63,442 bases of DNA, filler included, from Octopus bimaculoides (GCF_001194135.2; 8 parts of 6 records of this genome joined end to end with filler, not necessarily neighbours in it), one strand, 5' to 3'; shown: positions 1 to 13,383, numbered from the whole stretch's first letter. Translations and numbers: made by a program. The notes: a model not told the origin generated them from the letters alone.

Positions 1-2531
1 ATATATATATATATATATATATACAGCTATGCACATACATTTTAATCTTATTTCGTAGATTTGTTCATTTTAAATACATCAGTATACAAAATATATATAC
101 ATATTTTGAAATAATATTCTTCTCTTATACAGGAGGCTTATATATATGAACTACTTCCCGCATCTTTAATATACTTATTTTTTCATACCTATCACTAAAT
201 AATAATAAAAATACTTTTTTCTTACATTCACTTTCAAAACTACGTTATATAAGTTAGAAAATTATTTATTAAAATATCACTACGGATTTTTACTTCTTTT
301 ATCCATAATTAGATTCTCAATTCATATGTACTTTTTTAATATCTAACATAGTTAGCACTAAAATATAGAAACGCGAAATTCTTCGAAAAATCTTAGCCTT
401 ATCTCCCCTACATTGTTACCTTATTCAACCTCTCAAAAACACTCATTTATCACCGTATGTGCTTTTTTCAATAATCTTAACCACAGCAAGTATTTTCTTT
501 CTCGATTCTGTAATATTAACAACTATTCTTCTTTTTCTTAGACCTGCCTCTTAGACTTATTTCACACAAGCGAATATAATGCTTTTTAATTAATAATAAA
601 TCTTTTTTTTTTCACATTAAATTAACTTAATAATTATTCCCTCACAACCCTAAATTGTTTTCGTTTGAATTTCAAGTAACATATAAAATTATAATAACTA
701 TTAATATTTCTTATTCAAGGATTTTTTAAAACAATTTCTTTTGATATACACCATAATATATTTTCATTATTTTCCTTGTATCCCACTCATAACTGTCAAA
801 TCATATATAAACTTAAATATAGCTTATTTGGACGCTTATTTAGTTATATACATNNNNNNNNNNNNNNNNNNNNNNNNNNNNNNNNNNNNNNNNNNNNNNN
901 NNNNNNNNNNNNNNNNNNNNNNNNNNNNNNNNNNNNNNNNNNNNNNNNNNNNNNNNNNNNNNNNNNNNNNNNNNNNNNNNNNNNNNNNNNNNNNNNNNNN
1001 NNNNNNNNNNNNNNNNNNNNNNNNNNNNNNNNNNNNNNNNNNNNNNNNNNNNNNNNNNNNNNNNNNNNNNNNNNNNNNNNNNNNNNNNNNNNNNNNNNNN
1101 NNNNNNNNNNNNNNNNNNNNNNNNNNNNNNNNNNNNNNNNNNNNNNNNNNNNNNNNNNNNNNNNNNNNNNNNNNNNNNNNNNNNNNNNNNNNNNNNNNNN
1201 NNNNNNNNNNNNNNNNNNNNNNNNNNNNNNNNNNNNNNNNNNNNNNNNNNNNNNNNNNNNNNNNNNNNNNNNNNNNNNNNNNNNNNNNNNNNNNNNNNNN
1301 NNNNNNNNNNNNNNNNNNNNNNNNNNNNNNNNNNNNNNNNNNNNNNNNNNNNNNNNNNNNNNNNNNNNNNNNNNNNNNNNNNNNNNNNNNNNNNNNNNNN
1401 NNNNNNNNNNNNNNNNNNNNNNNNNNNNNNNNNNNNNNNNNNNNNNNNNNNNNNNNNNNNNNNNNNNNNNNNNNNNNNNNNNNNNNNNNNNNNNNNNNNN
1501 NNNNNNNNNNNNNNNNNNNNNNNNNNNNNNNNNNNNNNNNNNNNNNNNNNNNNNNNNNNNNNNNNNNNNNNNNNNNNNNNNNNNNNNNNNNNNNNNNNNN
1601 NNNNNNNNNNNNNNNNNNNNNNNNNNNNNNNNNNNNNNNNNNNNNNNNNNNNNNNNNNNNNNNNNNNNNNNNNNNNNNNNNNNNNNNNNNNNNNNNNNNN
1701 NNNNNNNNNNNNNNNNNNNNNNNNNNNNNNNNNNNNNNNNNNNNNNNNNNNNNNNNNNNNNNNNNNNNNNNNNNNNNNNNNNNNNNNNNNNNNNNNNNNN
1801 NNNNNNNNNNNNNNNNNNNNNNNNNNNNNNNNNNNNNNNNNNNATATATATATATATATATACATTAGATTTTATTTCATATGATAAATGCTTTATATGG
1901 AATGTATATCACTTAATTACTTATCTTTACAAAGAGAGAATGTTTCTTAAACATTTTCACTTATATTTTCAAACAACCGTTAGCCGCATCAGTTATAGTT
2001 CATTCACAGCGAGACTCAACACTACGTTAGCACGTTTTTATCTTTCATTTTCATAAGCATATTATGCATATCTGAATATGTTTTGTGACACTCACTCCAT
2101 CTAGTCTTTTGTAACAATATAATATTCTTCTGGTGTATTCTTCTTTCGCACTGAGGAGAACAGTAGTATGTAATTAATTTAATTATAATTATGATTATAA
2201 TTAATTTCTAATTTTTTTCCATATTATTTACATGTTGATATTACCGTTCGAAACGATCGTATGCATGGATTAAAATTTGTAAAAACTTTTAACACCTTCT
2301 CTTCTCCATCTTTAATTGTTTGTTAAGGATACGCGTTCTATAAATAATCATAACACACCTTATACTTGTAACATTTTCATATTCGAAAAATACTAACAAT
2401 AGTAAGCTACCAATTTTATATGAAGAATCTTTATTAGAAATCGAAATTTGGAAGCCCACCCCCAAAGTAAAGGTTGAAATAGAACGCAACTTTTTCTCAT
2501 ATATAACTGAGAAAGTGCTTTAAGACTGGAT

Positions 2532-4200
2532 GATGCCATTTTAGTCTATTTCTATAAATGGGGGCCAAAGGATCTGTATGGTAGTTTTCGTGGAATTTCG
2601 CTTTTGTCTTTAGTTGGAAAGATACTTGCCCGCATTATGTTAGGACGTTTAAATCTCTTCCTAGTTCCAAATATGATGTCTGAGTCTCAATGTCATTTTC
2701 GCTCTTCCAAGGGCACAGTTGATTGTATCTTTACTATCAGATAATTTCAGGAAAAGTGCATTGAACACAAACTTGCCTTGCCTTATACCATTGCTTTGTT
2801 GATTTGTCCAAAACATTCGATACTGTTAATCGAAATGCTGTGGCCAATTCTAAGGAAAATAGGTTGTCCAGAACAATTTGTAAACATTATCAGGGCTTTG
2901 CATCAAAATATGAAAGCTAGAGTTAATTTTGGTGGTAGGCTCTCTGAATCTTTTGCCGTGGAAAATGGAGTAAAGCAAGAAGACCTTGATGCACCCACTT
3001 TCTTTGCAATATACTTTGCTCTTGCGCTGTCACACGCTTTTCAAAACTCCGAGGAGGGTATTTACATAAAATATCAACCAACAGGAAATGTTTTTAGTCT
3101 GACCAAACTGAAATTCAAAACAAAAGTTTTTACTTCACTCATTAGGGAACTCTTATACGCTGATGATTGCGATCTAGTCAGTCATACTGAAACAGGCTAG
3201 CAGTATCTTGTATTTGCATTTTACTCAGATTGTGATGGTTTGGGCTTGACCATCAACTCCCAAAAAAAGATAGGTAATGTATCAGCCTGCATGTCTTGCT
3301 GTTTGCAACCCTCTTAAAATTTTTGTTCAGGGTAAGTGACTTGAGGTTGTTGATTCTTTCATCTACGTTGGAAGCTCTGTACAAAATGATGGAAATCTGG
3401 ACACAGAAATACATCTGCGCATTCAAAGGGCAGCACAAGCATTTGGTGGTCTGGAGTCACGCGTTTGGCGCCAACGACATATATAAATAGCAAAATAAAA
3501 TTGGCACTTTACGAATTGTTTGTCTTACCATCCATGTTGTATTCTTCTGAAACATGGACGTGTTATAAAAGACATTTCATATTGTTAGAACAATACCACC
3601 AAAAATGCTTTCATCACATTTTAAACGTTAAGTAGAGTTTTTTTACTCCAAACACAGATGTCCTTGTGCCTGCAGGCATCACTTCAATTTAGGCAATGAA
3701 ATTGACCTCGCCATATTGTTCGAATGACGGATGAACGCACACCCGAACAGCTCTTTTGTGGCGAGCTTGCAGATGAGAAACTCAATCGGTTTAAACCTAA
3801 AAAAGGTCTAAGGATGGCATAGGGACAACAATGAAGTCACTTAAAATGGATCCAGAGGACCTAGAAACTCTTGATGAATGGCGACCAAAAGTGTGGAGTG
3901 GAGTGAAAGCGTTTGAAGAGGCCAGGATAACGCATACAAGATTCAAGAGAGATTTAAAGAAGAATGTTGCTGTCGAGGTGTACAGACCTATGAAAAACGA
4001 ACCTTCACTAAGTATTCTGTCTGTATATCTTTGCACACCTTTCAATGCAATGTTTGCCATAAGGTCTGCAAATCTAACGGAGACCTCAAAAGAAATTTTA
4101 AGATCCACAAAGATCAGAACTTAGCTGCAGTTCTTGGTGGTCCAAATCGGATATGTAAACTATGTGGGTGTCTTTTCAATACATTGTCTGGTTAGGTACA
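2532..4200 (+). mobile_element. RTE-clade (BovB-like) LINE, 5'-truncated and decayed ORF2 (reverse transcriptase plus C-terminal Zn-finger-like region)
   Basis: Manual translation from 2532 gives DAILVYFYK..FRGISLLSLVGKILARIMLGRL..ESQCHFRSSKGTVDCIFTIR*FQEKCIEH. ORF 2778-3200 has LWPILRKIGCPEQFVNIIRALH, VENGVKQ, and the catalytic ELLYADDC (YADD at 3156-3167). The downstream WRPKVWSGVKAFE is typical of RTE ORF2. Multiple stops and frameshifts. Confidence 0.92.
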
Positions 4201-4353
4201 ACAGGTGGGCAAACTCTGCATAAGGAGTAGACAACCACCATACAGACATAGAGGGAGAGAGAGAGAGGTACATATATATGTGTCTATGTATATACATATA
4301 TATATGCATGCGTACACAAGTCTACACATACTTAGATATATATATGTGCATAT

Positions 4354-4401
<48 letters not shown>

Positions 4402-4978
4402 TATACATGTATATATTTGTGTGTATGTGTGTATGTAATTATTCACACACACACACAGACACACACACATACATACGCACACAACGAGACGGTCGTACAC
4501 ATATGTATACACGTGTATATTTTGAAATAACAGCTTTTATGCGTTCATATTAATGAATGAATACTCGAAGAAAAGCAGCAGTGAGAAAATATCATTGAAT
4601 ACAATTTAAGCCAGTCAGAGTGGCATCAGGCGTCAGCTGAGAGATACACATGCGATAGCCATAAATTTAATATTGAAGAATGAGTATACATAGTGCAGTG
4701 AAAATAATGAAGAAAGATAAGGGGACATGAAGGATGAAGAAAGAATACATGAAAATAATACAAAGACGAGACACGCGCTGTATAGAAAATAGCATAAAGA
4801 CCCTGCCGAATGTAAATATCAATAAATTATTATAAGTCAATGTGGCAGACTTGTTGAAGTTCAAGAATGAATATTGACAGCCAAGATGGGCCAAACTAAT
4901 CGAGTAATTTCATATATATATATAGTTATGTGTATGTGTGTGCTTGTGTGTGTGTCTGCGTGCCTGTGTATGTATATA

Positions 4979-5037
<59 letters not shown>

Positions 5038-5047
5038 NNNNNNNNNN

Positions 5048-5078
<31 letters not shown>

Positions 5079-5312
5079 GTTGAGTGCGTGTGAGTGTATG
5101 TAGTTGTGAATAATATATACATACATACATATATATATATTTATTTATTTATATTTATATTCGGTGTGTTTTTGTTTTGTTTTTCCTCTTTTTCTTGTTT
5201 GCTGTTTGGTTTGTTTTGGCTAGTTACGTCTGAGCTGTCTGCATGACGACTCTGGTAACTATCCCAGCATCTTCCTCGTTATTTTCACTCTTGTTACCTA
5301 TTTTGGGACTAC

Positions 5313-5342
5313 TGACGTCAATCAACATATCCCGTGACGTCA
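5313..5342. promoter_or_regulatory. Pair of perfect CRE palindromes (TGACGTCA x2)
   Basis: TGACGTCA at 5313-5320 and 5335-5342. Motif match only, no functional evidence. Confidence 0.3.
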
Positions 5343-5743
5343 GCTACTCTCTAACAAAAAAAGAAAATTAATGATAATAATAATAATGATAATAATAACA
5401 TAAATAACAATATAATAATAATGTGGTTGGGGGCCTGCACTGAACAATGAGGTAGAGAATCATGTCTCTGGTTCTCTGTTCTTTTCCTCCTCGCTTTCAT
5501 GTATCTATTTTGTCCTGCACAATACATTCGCTCACTATCAACATCTATCTCAGTAGTTTGCTCACATTTTCCTCTCTCACTCTTTCATTGTGTCTAATTA
5601 TATATGAGTACCTGCGTGTATATGTATGCATGTGTGTATGCGTATGTGTGCTTGTGTGTATATGTGCCTGTATGTGTGTGTATGCCCTTATAACTATTTC
5701 TGTTTGGGGGCATCGCTCTATTATTAAAGTAGATTTAGGTATC

Positions 5744-5777
<34 letters not shown>

Positions 5778-5844
5778 TTGTGTGTGTGTATGTATGAATA
5801 TATATATATGTGTATGTGTGTGGGGGNNNNNNNNNNNNNNNNNN

Positions 5845-5896
<52 letters not shown>

Positions 5897-6189
5897 GCAT
5901 ATAAATACACATTATATATAATGTATATATACATATATACATTATATATATGTCTGTGTGTGTATATGTAAGAATGTATGTATGTATGTATTTGATTATA
6001 TCTATGCATATATACATTCGCAATTACTGATACCTGAATATAAAACAGGCAAGATAAGGTGGGGGGTGGGGGCAAGTTTATATTTTACTCGAGTTTATCA
6101 GTCCTTCCACATTAATATTCCCTCTAATACTTTACTTTCTATCTTCAAATGATCTGTAATTCCTCGTCGCTTCTACACAATCTCACTAT

Positions 6190-6287
<98 letters not shown>

Positions 6288-6529
6288 TTCTCTTTCTTTC
6301 TTTCTGTCCCTCTTTCTCTCCCTATATTGATCTTATCTGTGTCTCAGTGCTTTTATTCAATATTTTTTCCTTTTTGTTATTACCGTCTCGTATTCACCTT
6401 ACTAAATTTACATTTCTCATTTTGCCTCTCTCAATGTGTATCTCTGTGTTAGATCTCTCAGACCGTTGCCTTTCTTATCTCTCTCTCTCCCTCCCTCCCT
6501 CTCTCCCTCTCTCTCTCTCTCTCTCTCCG

Positions 6530-6564
<35 letters not shown>

Positions 6565-6580
6565 CTCTATCTCTCTCTCT
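6190..6580. repeat. (CT)n microsatellite blocks
   Basis: Long CT runs at about 6190-6290 and 6480-6580. Confidence 0.95.
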
Positions 6581-6853
6581 CTTGTGCCGCCGTTGTACTT
6601 TCTACCGCTATCTTTCTATATGTCTTCATCCACAATTTTCTCTTCTCCTTCTGCAAGGTACACGCACGGGGATATATTTGCATGTGCGTTTGCATGCAAG
6701 TATGTATATAGATATGTATGTATATATGTATGTATGTATGAATATATGTATGTATGTATGTATGTATGCATGCATGCTTGTATGTATGTGTATATATTTG
6801 TATGATTTCTATATGATGTATGTATATGCCCATGTATACATATATAAACATGC

Positions 6854-6892
<39 letters not shown>

Positions 6893-6979
6893 CAGTCGTG
6901 CAAACATGCACACACACACACACACACACANNNNNNNNNNTATATATATATATATATATACATACAGTCGTGCAAACAT

Positions 6980-7028
<49 letters not shown>

Positions 7029-7235
7029 ACACAATCTATGTATATGTGTGTACGTGTGTACGTATGAGTGTAGGTGCTAGTGAAAATCCAGCCACTGTGC
7101 GGTAGCCATGCTGCGGATATTTTTGTACGTGTTATACATACATTCAGTCTTTTTCTTTTTCCATACTCTCTCCCCACTCTCTATCGCTCTCTCTCTCTCT
7201 CTCCATCTTCCTCTCTCTCCGTATTTACTTTGCTC

Positions 7236-7270
<35 letters not shown>

Positions 7271-7497
7271 CTCCATATAACTTATATGACTCAGCTACAG
7301 TATTATTTTTTAGCGCATCACAATCTTTTATATCCACCATTTTTCATTTGCACCATTTCCCTTCCTGAAAGCGGCTATCCGACAAAACGCTTGGTGGTAT
7401 ATCTTCTGGCGTTTTATATTCTGCGCTCGAATCCCATCAGTGCCAACTTTGCCTTTCGTTTTTTCAGGGACGTTAAAATAATGTACTAGTGAAATAC

Positions 7498-7889
7498 TGT
7501 TGTTGTTGGCACTCTGTCGCTTACGACGTCGAGGGTTCCAGTTGATCCGATCAACGGAACAGCCTGCTCGTGAAATTAACGTGCAAGTGGCTGAGCACTC
7601 CACAGACACGTGTACCCTTAACGTAGTTCTCGGGGATATTCAGCGTGACACAGTGTGACAAGGATGACCCCATTGAATTACAGGCACAACAGAAACAGGA
7701 AGAAGGAGTGAGAGAAAGTTGTGGTGGAAGAGTACAGCAGGGTTCGCCACCATCCCCTGCCGGAGCCTCGTGGAGTTTTTTTAGGTGTTTTCTCTCAATA
7801 AACACTCACAACGCCCGGGCTGGAAATCGAAACCTCGATCCTATGACCGCGTGTCCGCTGCTCTAACCACTGGGCCATTGCGCCTCCAC
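7498..7889 (-). mobile_element. tRNA-derived SINE, family A (full length)
   Basis: Reverse complement of the copy at 34269-34670. Head GTGGAGGCGCAATGGCCCAGTGG (A box), B box GGTTTCGATTTCC, (AAC)n tail. Confidence 0.88.
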
Positions 7890-8277
7890 GGTGAAATACT
7901 ACGTGCGATGTAATCGACAATGATGTTTCCTCTAAAATTGTGGACTTTGTCAGAATCTGAATTATCCCAGTTGTCATTTTTAATCTCTCTCCAGTTCTTT
8001 CCCCTCTCTTTTTCACTATCGCTTTCCTCTCACTACCTTCTTTTCCTCTTTCTCTCACTCACACACATATACACAACATTCATTTTAGTATTTACCTTGC
8101 AAACTATATTACGTTTTTTCATTCTCCTTTTGCAGTGCCTTCAGCCTATACTTGTCTTCATCATTCTCATACTTTATCTACATATTTTTCCTCTCCTTCT
8201 TTCACTTCCTCCATTTCTTTTGTATATTCCCCCCGTCTCTCACTCAGTTCATGCACATACACACACACACACACTGT

Positions 8278-8322
<45 letters not shown>

Positions 8323-8461
8323 CAGATACCTTCCCTCACACACACGCTCAGGATGGGCGAAAAGTCATGAAGTCTGACTTCATATTGAAAGGTGTGCACA
8401 TAATGTAATAGCTTCTGCTGTAGCAACAATTGCACTTTTAAACTTCGTGACTTTTCACGCA

Positions 8462-8492
<31 letters not shown>

Positions 8493-8493
8493 A

Positions 8494-8532
<39 letters not shown>

Positions 8533-9249
8533 TTCTCTCCCTCCCAGTATATAAATATATGTATATATATACATATATATATATGTATATATATGTTTAT
8601 AATATGTATATATATATGTGTGTTTGTGTGTATGTATATGTATATATATATATATAATTTAATGCGACAGACAGAAGATGGAATATACGAGATTCTTTAT
8701 TGATCACTACAATCGTTTCGTCCCACCTCATATAGCATGGATCGGGTTGGATGGTGTACAACTGGTTGAATTGTATCCCTCAGGTGATGTTCAAGCGGTA
8801 TCTCGTTCAAATAAACTTTGTTTCGCACAATATATGTATATATATATACCTTGTGGAACCCATTGCAAATTGGTTCTGATAATTGAGCTCAGTTTTTAGT
8901 GACACACTCCCCTTGGTTTAATAGTTTCTCTTATTGGTTTTTTGTTAGCCTATGCTGGTCCCAAGCCCGATGAAAAAGGTGATGGGTTGGGTATTGGGCT
9001 AGCAATCACAATGCGTAAGAAAGTATCAGAAGCTACAGAAATGATAACAAGTAATACATATATGTGTGTGTGTGTGTGTGTATGTATATATGTATATATG
9101 TTTATACATATACGTATATATATATATATATATATATATAAATCCAAAAAAGCAACACGGATTTTAAAGTTTATTGCAGTACGCACGTTTCATGCTACTC
9201 CATTTATTTAAGTAATGCGAGCATTACATAAAATGCAAAATGTAGAGCA

Positions 9250-10400
9250 ATCCTCAGCTGCACAAGAATATAGAAAATTACAGCAGAATGGACATATTAC
9301 TATTGTGGCAACATTGAAAATCTAAGTGGGAAGAAGAATACATAAAAATCAATCTTTGGATAATACCATACTATATTCTGGTGCCTAAACATAAGTACCA
9401 CTCTCAATTTTGAATCTAAACCTTTTATATATATACTATTAATGGTTTCTTATTAGGAAACCAATAGATTTTATACAGGGCTGCAAGGAGTAGTGCTCAG
9501 AATAACTGAGACAGGAGTAAAATATTAGTTAAAGAATAAAAAGATTGGGTTAACGACTCAACATATCACACCCCCTCAATGAACATATATAAGAAATACA
9601 ACATAATCCGTCAAACATAAGGAATAATAAGAAATAACACAAGAAAAATAACGCAAGAAGAAATAATAAATAAAAAAAAATATAGCATATTGTATAAAAT
9701 TTTTATACACGAATATAGTGTTTCAACCGATAACATGGAACTGAAAAAAATTGAGTTATAGGTATAAAGCAATACACGTGAATATCATTTCATAGATGTT
9801 CAAAAATTTAAATATAATACGAATAAAAATTAATACGGAAGAAGTAAAAATTTCAAATATATAATATAATAATATAATATAATATAAGTCGATATAGTAA
9901 AATAAAATGAAATGAAGAAATGAGGTACCATAAAGTAGTCTATCGGTTGAAAAAACAAGGACAGAAGTGATCTAACACCACTTAGAATTAAAGTTCAAAG
10001 TTCTTCAACTCCCTCGGGCACATTTCACACCTCAAAACCAGTAGACACCAAAAGGCAAGTTCGCACCAATCCAGCACACACAAGACCGAACAACAGGCAC
10101 CCAGCAGGTATCAACAGGCAAAAGTTCAATTCCGCTCACCATGCCCAAAAAGGTTCACCGCACATGAGTCAAAAACAATTACAGCACACCGCAGGTATCC
10201 ATCAATAAAAACAATTTCACGAATTACATACAATACCTATAGCCATTTCGGAGGTACACCACTGTATTTCAAAACACAATAGAGTGTAAACTGGTGATGA
10301 CCCCCTCGTCAGGGTTAAACACATGTACAAAGTCACGACATGCACAAGGGGAAAAAATGGAGGGGATACAAAAATGACATACATCAGCTGGTAAACATTC
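9250..10400 (+). mobile_element. Possible highly degraded Penelope-like remnant
   Basis: A/C-rich strand bias resembling the remnant at 12200-13000, and a decayed hammerhead-like motif GTGATGA-CCC..GGG-TTAAAC at about 10294-10320. No convincing protein motif. Confidence 0.28.
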
Positions 10401-10520
10401 TATTATGTCTAATTATTCCAAAACAAGAGGGAGTGTTATAAGAATGCATACACATTCAAATACTTTGTGGTACACAAATATATACGAGTAATACATAAAA
10501 GAGTAAAAAATTAAAGATCA

Positions 10521-10800
10521 GTTCCTTACGGCCGTTTCTGCCAAGAGGCCACGATATCCTCCATGCTAGCCCCATCTCTTCAGTGTTCTGTAGGGATGGG
10601 TAGACAGATTTTGGATGTTGAGTGTGCCTCTAGGCTTCATCAGAGGGTCTAAATGGTTAGGAGAGCCGATACATAAACTGGATTGTGAAATTGCCACGCA
10701 ATAACCAACACTTGGGTATTAATAATTGGGCACACTACCAGCAGTATATTCGATAGGTACTATCGCTTAGTTGGTTGGCTTCCCAACCTCTAACTCTTAT
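10521..10800 (-). repeat. Short interspersed repeat, family F, with hammerhead-like motifs
   Basis: 10710-10800 aligns by eye with 25483-25587 (cacttgg..aataattgggcac..ccagcagtatatt..cttagt.ggtt..aacc.ctaactct). The minus strand carries CTGATGAAGCCTAGAGGC and GCCTCTTGGCAGAAACGGCCGTA. Confidence 0.55.
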
Positions 10801-10811
10801 GGAAATACATA

Positions 10812-10900
10812 TATGTGTGTGTGTGTGTGTATGTGTGTGTGTGTGTGTGTGCGTGTGTGTGTGTGCGTGTGTGTGTGTGTGTGAGTGTGTGTGTGTGTGT

Positions 10901-10982
<82 letters not shown>
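10812..10982. repeat. (TG)n microsatellite
   Basis: About 170 bp of near-pure TG repeat. Confidence 0.97.
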
Positions 10983-10984
<2 letters not shown>

Positions 10985-11624
10985 AGGAACTCCCCCGCCA
11001 CACACACACACATGTACATACATAGTTATGCTACCAAAGATACTGTCGAAGAGAAAGAAATGCTTTGAGTATTTAACAGCAGTTATGGGAATCTTGTCTG
11101 CTAAAACTAATTCATCACTATAGGACATCCGTAAATATTAATATGTTGGACAATACATCACAATTTATTATACGCTAGACACGAAAAACTATATTAGAAT
11201 TGCTATTCGTAATTTACAATTAATGTGTCTCTCAGTGGGTATTTTTTTTATATCTAGCAATCTACATATCACTTGCAGCGTGGTCTCAGCATCATTCAGT
11301 AATTTTCTCGCAACTACTCTCTCACTATCACTTGAATCACTACAGTTCTGTTCTTTAATTTTATCAAATAATTCTAAGTTGTTCAAGAACTTATTGTGCT
11401 TCAAAAGTCTTCTGTTTATCTTTAACTAAGTTGTACACGCGCACACACGCACATACACACTCTCGCATACACGCATGCACACAAACATAGAGAGAGAGAG
11501 AAAAAGAGAGTGAGATGGAGAGAAATTCATTGATCGATAAATATGTACCTACTTACACACACAGACTCTCACACACACAAACACGCACACACATATACAT
11601 ACATACATATATACATATATATAG

Positions 11625-11820
11625 TAGGCAAAAATGAGCAGTACTTGTATTTCAAAGGACCAGCCTTGCGACACTCTGTGTCACATCGAAACTCCCTGAG
11701 AACTACATTAAGCATACACATGTCTGTGGATTGCTCAGCCAATTGCACGTAAATTCACGAGCAGGCGGTTCTTTTGAGCGGATCACTTGGAACCCTCATT
11801 GTCGTAAACATGCAGTACCA
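11625..11820 (+). mobile_element. SINE family A, degraded 3' part
   Basis: cagccttgcgacactctgtgtcac..gaactac..gtctgtgga.tgctcagcca.ttgcacgt..ttcacgagcaggc..ctggaaccctc matches the family A body. Confidence 0.65.
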
Positions 11821-11852
11821 GTAATAGAAAGGCTTGGTGCCTCTATAAAATC

Positions 11853-12200
11853 CCTGATCCATGTAAGGTTACGAATATAGTGTATAGCTTACGATGTACT
11901 GAGGGTCGGTGCAGAAAAATGACAACTACTTACAATGGAGAGACTGCACGCAGCATAGGGGAGTGTATAGGTGTGCACTGGCGAGATTTCAAAGAAGAGA
12001 AAGGCTCGTCACTGTTCTACCAACATGTTCAAGCAGAACATGGAGGCTCGGTTAATAGCATAGAAGTTAAAGTGTTATCGACGCATAGAACTAACACGAC
12101 ATTTAGACAGATTACAGAGGCTACACACATAGCAGTAGACAGACCGAGACTCAATAGAAAACACAAATGGAATAATAACACTCACCACCACGCCACATAA
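11853..12200 (+). mobile_element. Penelope-like element GIY-YIG endonuclease fragment
   Basis: PDPCKVTNIVYSLRCTEGRC..YNGETARSIGE..HWRDF..FYQHVQAEH..VKVLS..RQITEATHIAVDRPRLNRK. This contains both halves of the GIY-YIG motif, the conserved E..I..RP.LN, and the Cys/His residues typical of PLE endonucleases. RT is absent. Confidence 0.9.
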
Positions 12201-12810
12201 TTAAAGACACAAGGGAGGAAAAGAGAGAAGAAAAAATAGTAAATAAAATATAGATACAAACAGGGTAATACGCACACAATAGACATTTATGCACGTACCT
12301 GTGATACATATAAGAAATGCAGATAGATAAAAATAAATTAATATATCTGTCACATGCCTGTGATAAATATAAGAAATAGTGATAGGTAAAAAATTAAATC
12401 AATAAATCTATATAAAGGGCATAAATACAAGCAACATAAGAAGCGAACCCATATACACACACAAACTCACACACCATAACTTCACAAACGGCAGCAAGAT
12501 TATCAACAATACGAGTAACAACGACAGCAGCAGTGGCGACAACAACGATGGCAATAATAGCAACAACAACTACCACGATGGCAACACTGGGGGCGAACAC
12601 ACAAACACACAGAGATATGGGAACTGTACCAAATTTTCGGGTCTTAGGATAGCAGCAGCGACAATGGAGGGAGGGGATGAGCTGGGAGAACGTCATACTG
12701 CTACTAAGAACAATGACACACACACATGGCCGCAAGTGCATACACACATAAAAATACACATCATAGAAGAGCCGAATCAAATAAGTGAAGCAAGCGCACA
12801 CACGAATATG

Positions 12811-12865
12811 AAAAGTGTCACTGAAGAGGTCACAGATGTGTGACGAAATATTTCCGGACAATAAA
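12811..12865 (+). ncRNA. Type I minimal hammerhead-ribozyme-like motif (PLE pseudo-LTR), probably decayed
   Basis: CTGAAGA(G) at 12821, perfect 6-bp stem II GTCACA/TGTGAC with a GATG loop, GAAA at 12845, palindromic GAAATATTTC, partial stem I TGTC/GACA, then AATAAA. It lies about 620 bp downstream of the GIY-YIG ORF. Confidence 0.55.
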
Positions 12866-13334
12866 CATGAGCTAGAATAAAAACAGTAATAAACAAGTGA
12901 ATAACAAATATATAGTGCGGGTGTTCATTTCGCAAAAAAAAATAACCATCCTGAAATACAACTCTATATAGATAAGGCAAGTCAAACATCTCAAGTCATA
13001 TAGATTATTATTAATGGGAAAAAATCAAAGACTTACAGCTGTTTCTAGGGTATCCCAGAGTATGGGGTATTCCGCCATCGGAGACAACTAGGAAAAATGA
13101 GAAGGGTATAGGTTAATGAAATGACGACATAAAGGACAAGAGTAAATGAATAAGGAGATGTAGAAAGGGAAGAAAAAAGAAGCATAAGAGTTCACAGTTC
13201 AACTTTCCGATCATGTCGAAGAAAATCCGTAAGTCCATGTAAGCGCCTTAGTAATCCGTTACAGCACTTACCTAGCGTACCTAGTCGTTTAGATCACCTG
13301 TGAACTAAACCTCCATATTTTCAAATATGTGCGC

Positions 13335-13383
<49 letters not shown>

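Noticed and set aside
741-2056. Long ORFs spanning N-runs (also at 16.0-17.0, 20.2-20.8, 24.0-24.9, 48.2-48.6, 52.4-53.3 and 54.5-55.8 kb)
   Set aside because: They are open only because N codons translate as X. These are assembly gaps.
2380-2480. SKLPILYEESLLEIEIWKPTP as a possible GIY-YIG C-terminus
   Set aside because: Too short and degenerate to support without a profile search.
4192-7340. Many YIYI/CVCV/HTHT/SLSL/poly-N/poly-M ORFs here and throughout the window
   Set aside because: They are translations of di-, tri- and tetranucleotide microsatellites.
8890-9050. GC-richer segment resembling a LINE 5' UTR (gggttgggtattgggctagcaa)
   Set aside because: Single copy in the window with no linked coding motif, so the family cannot be assigned.
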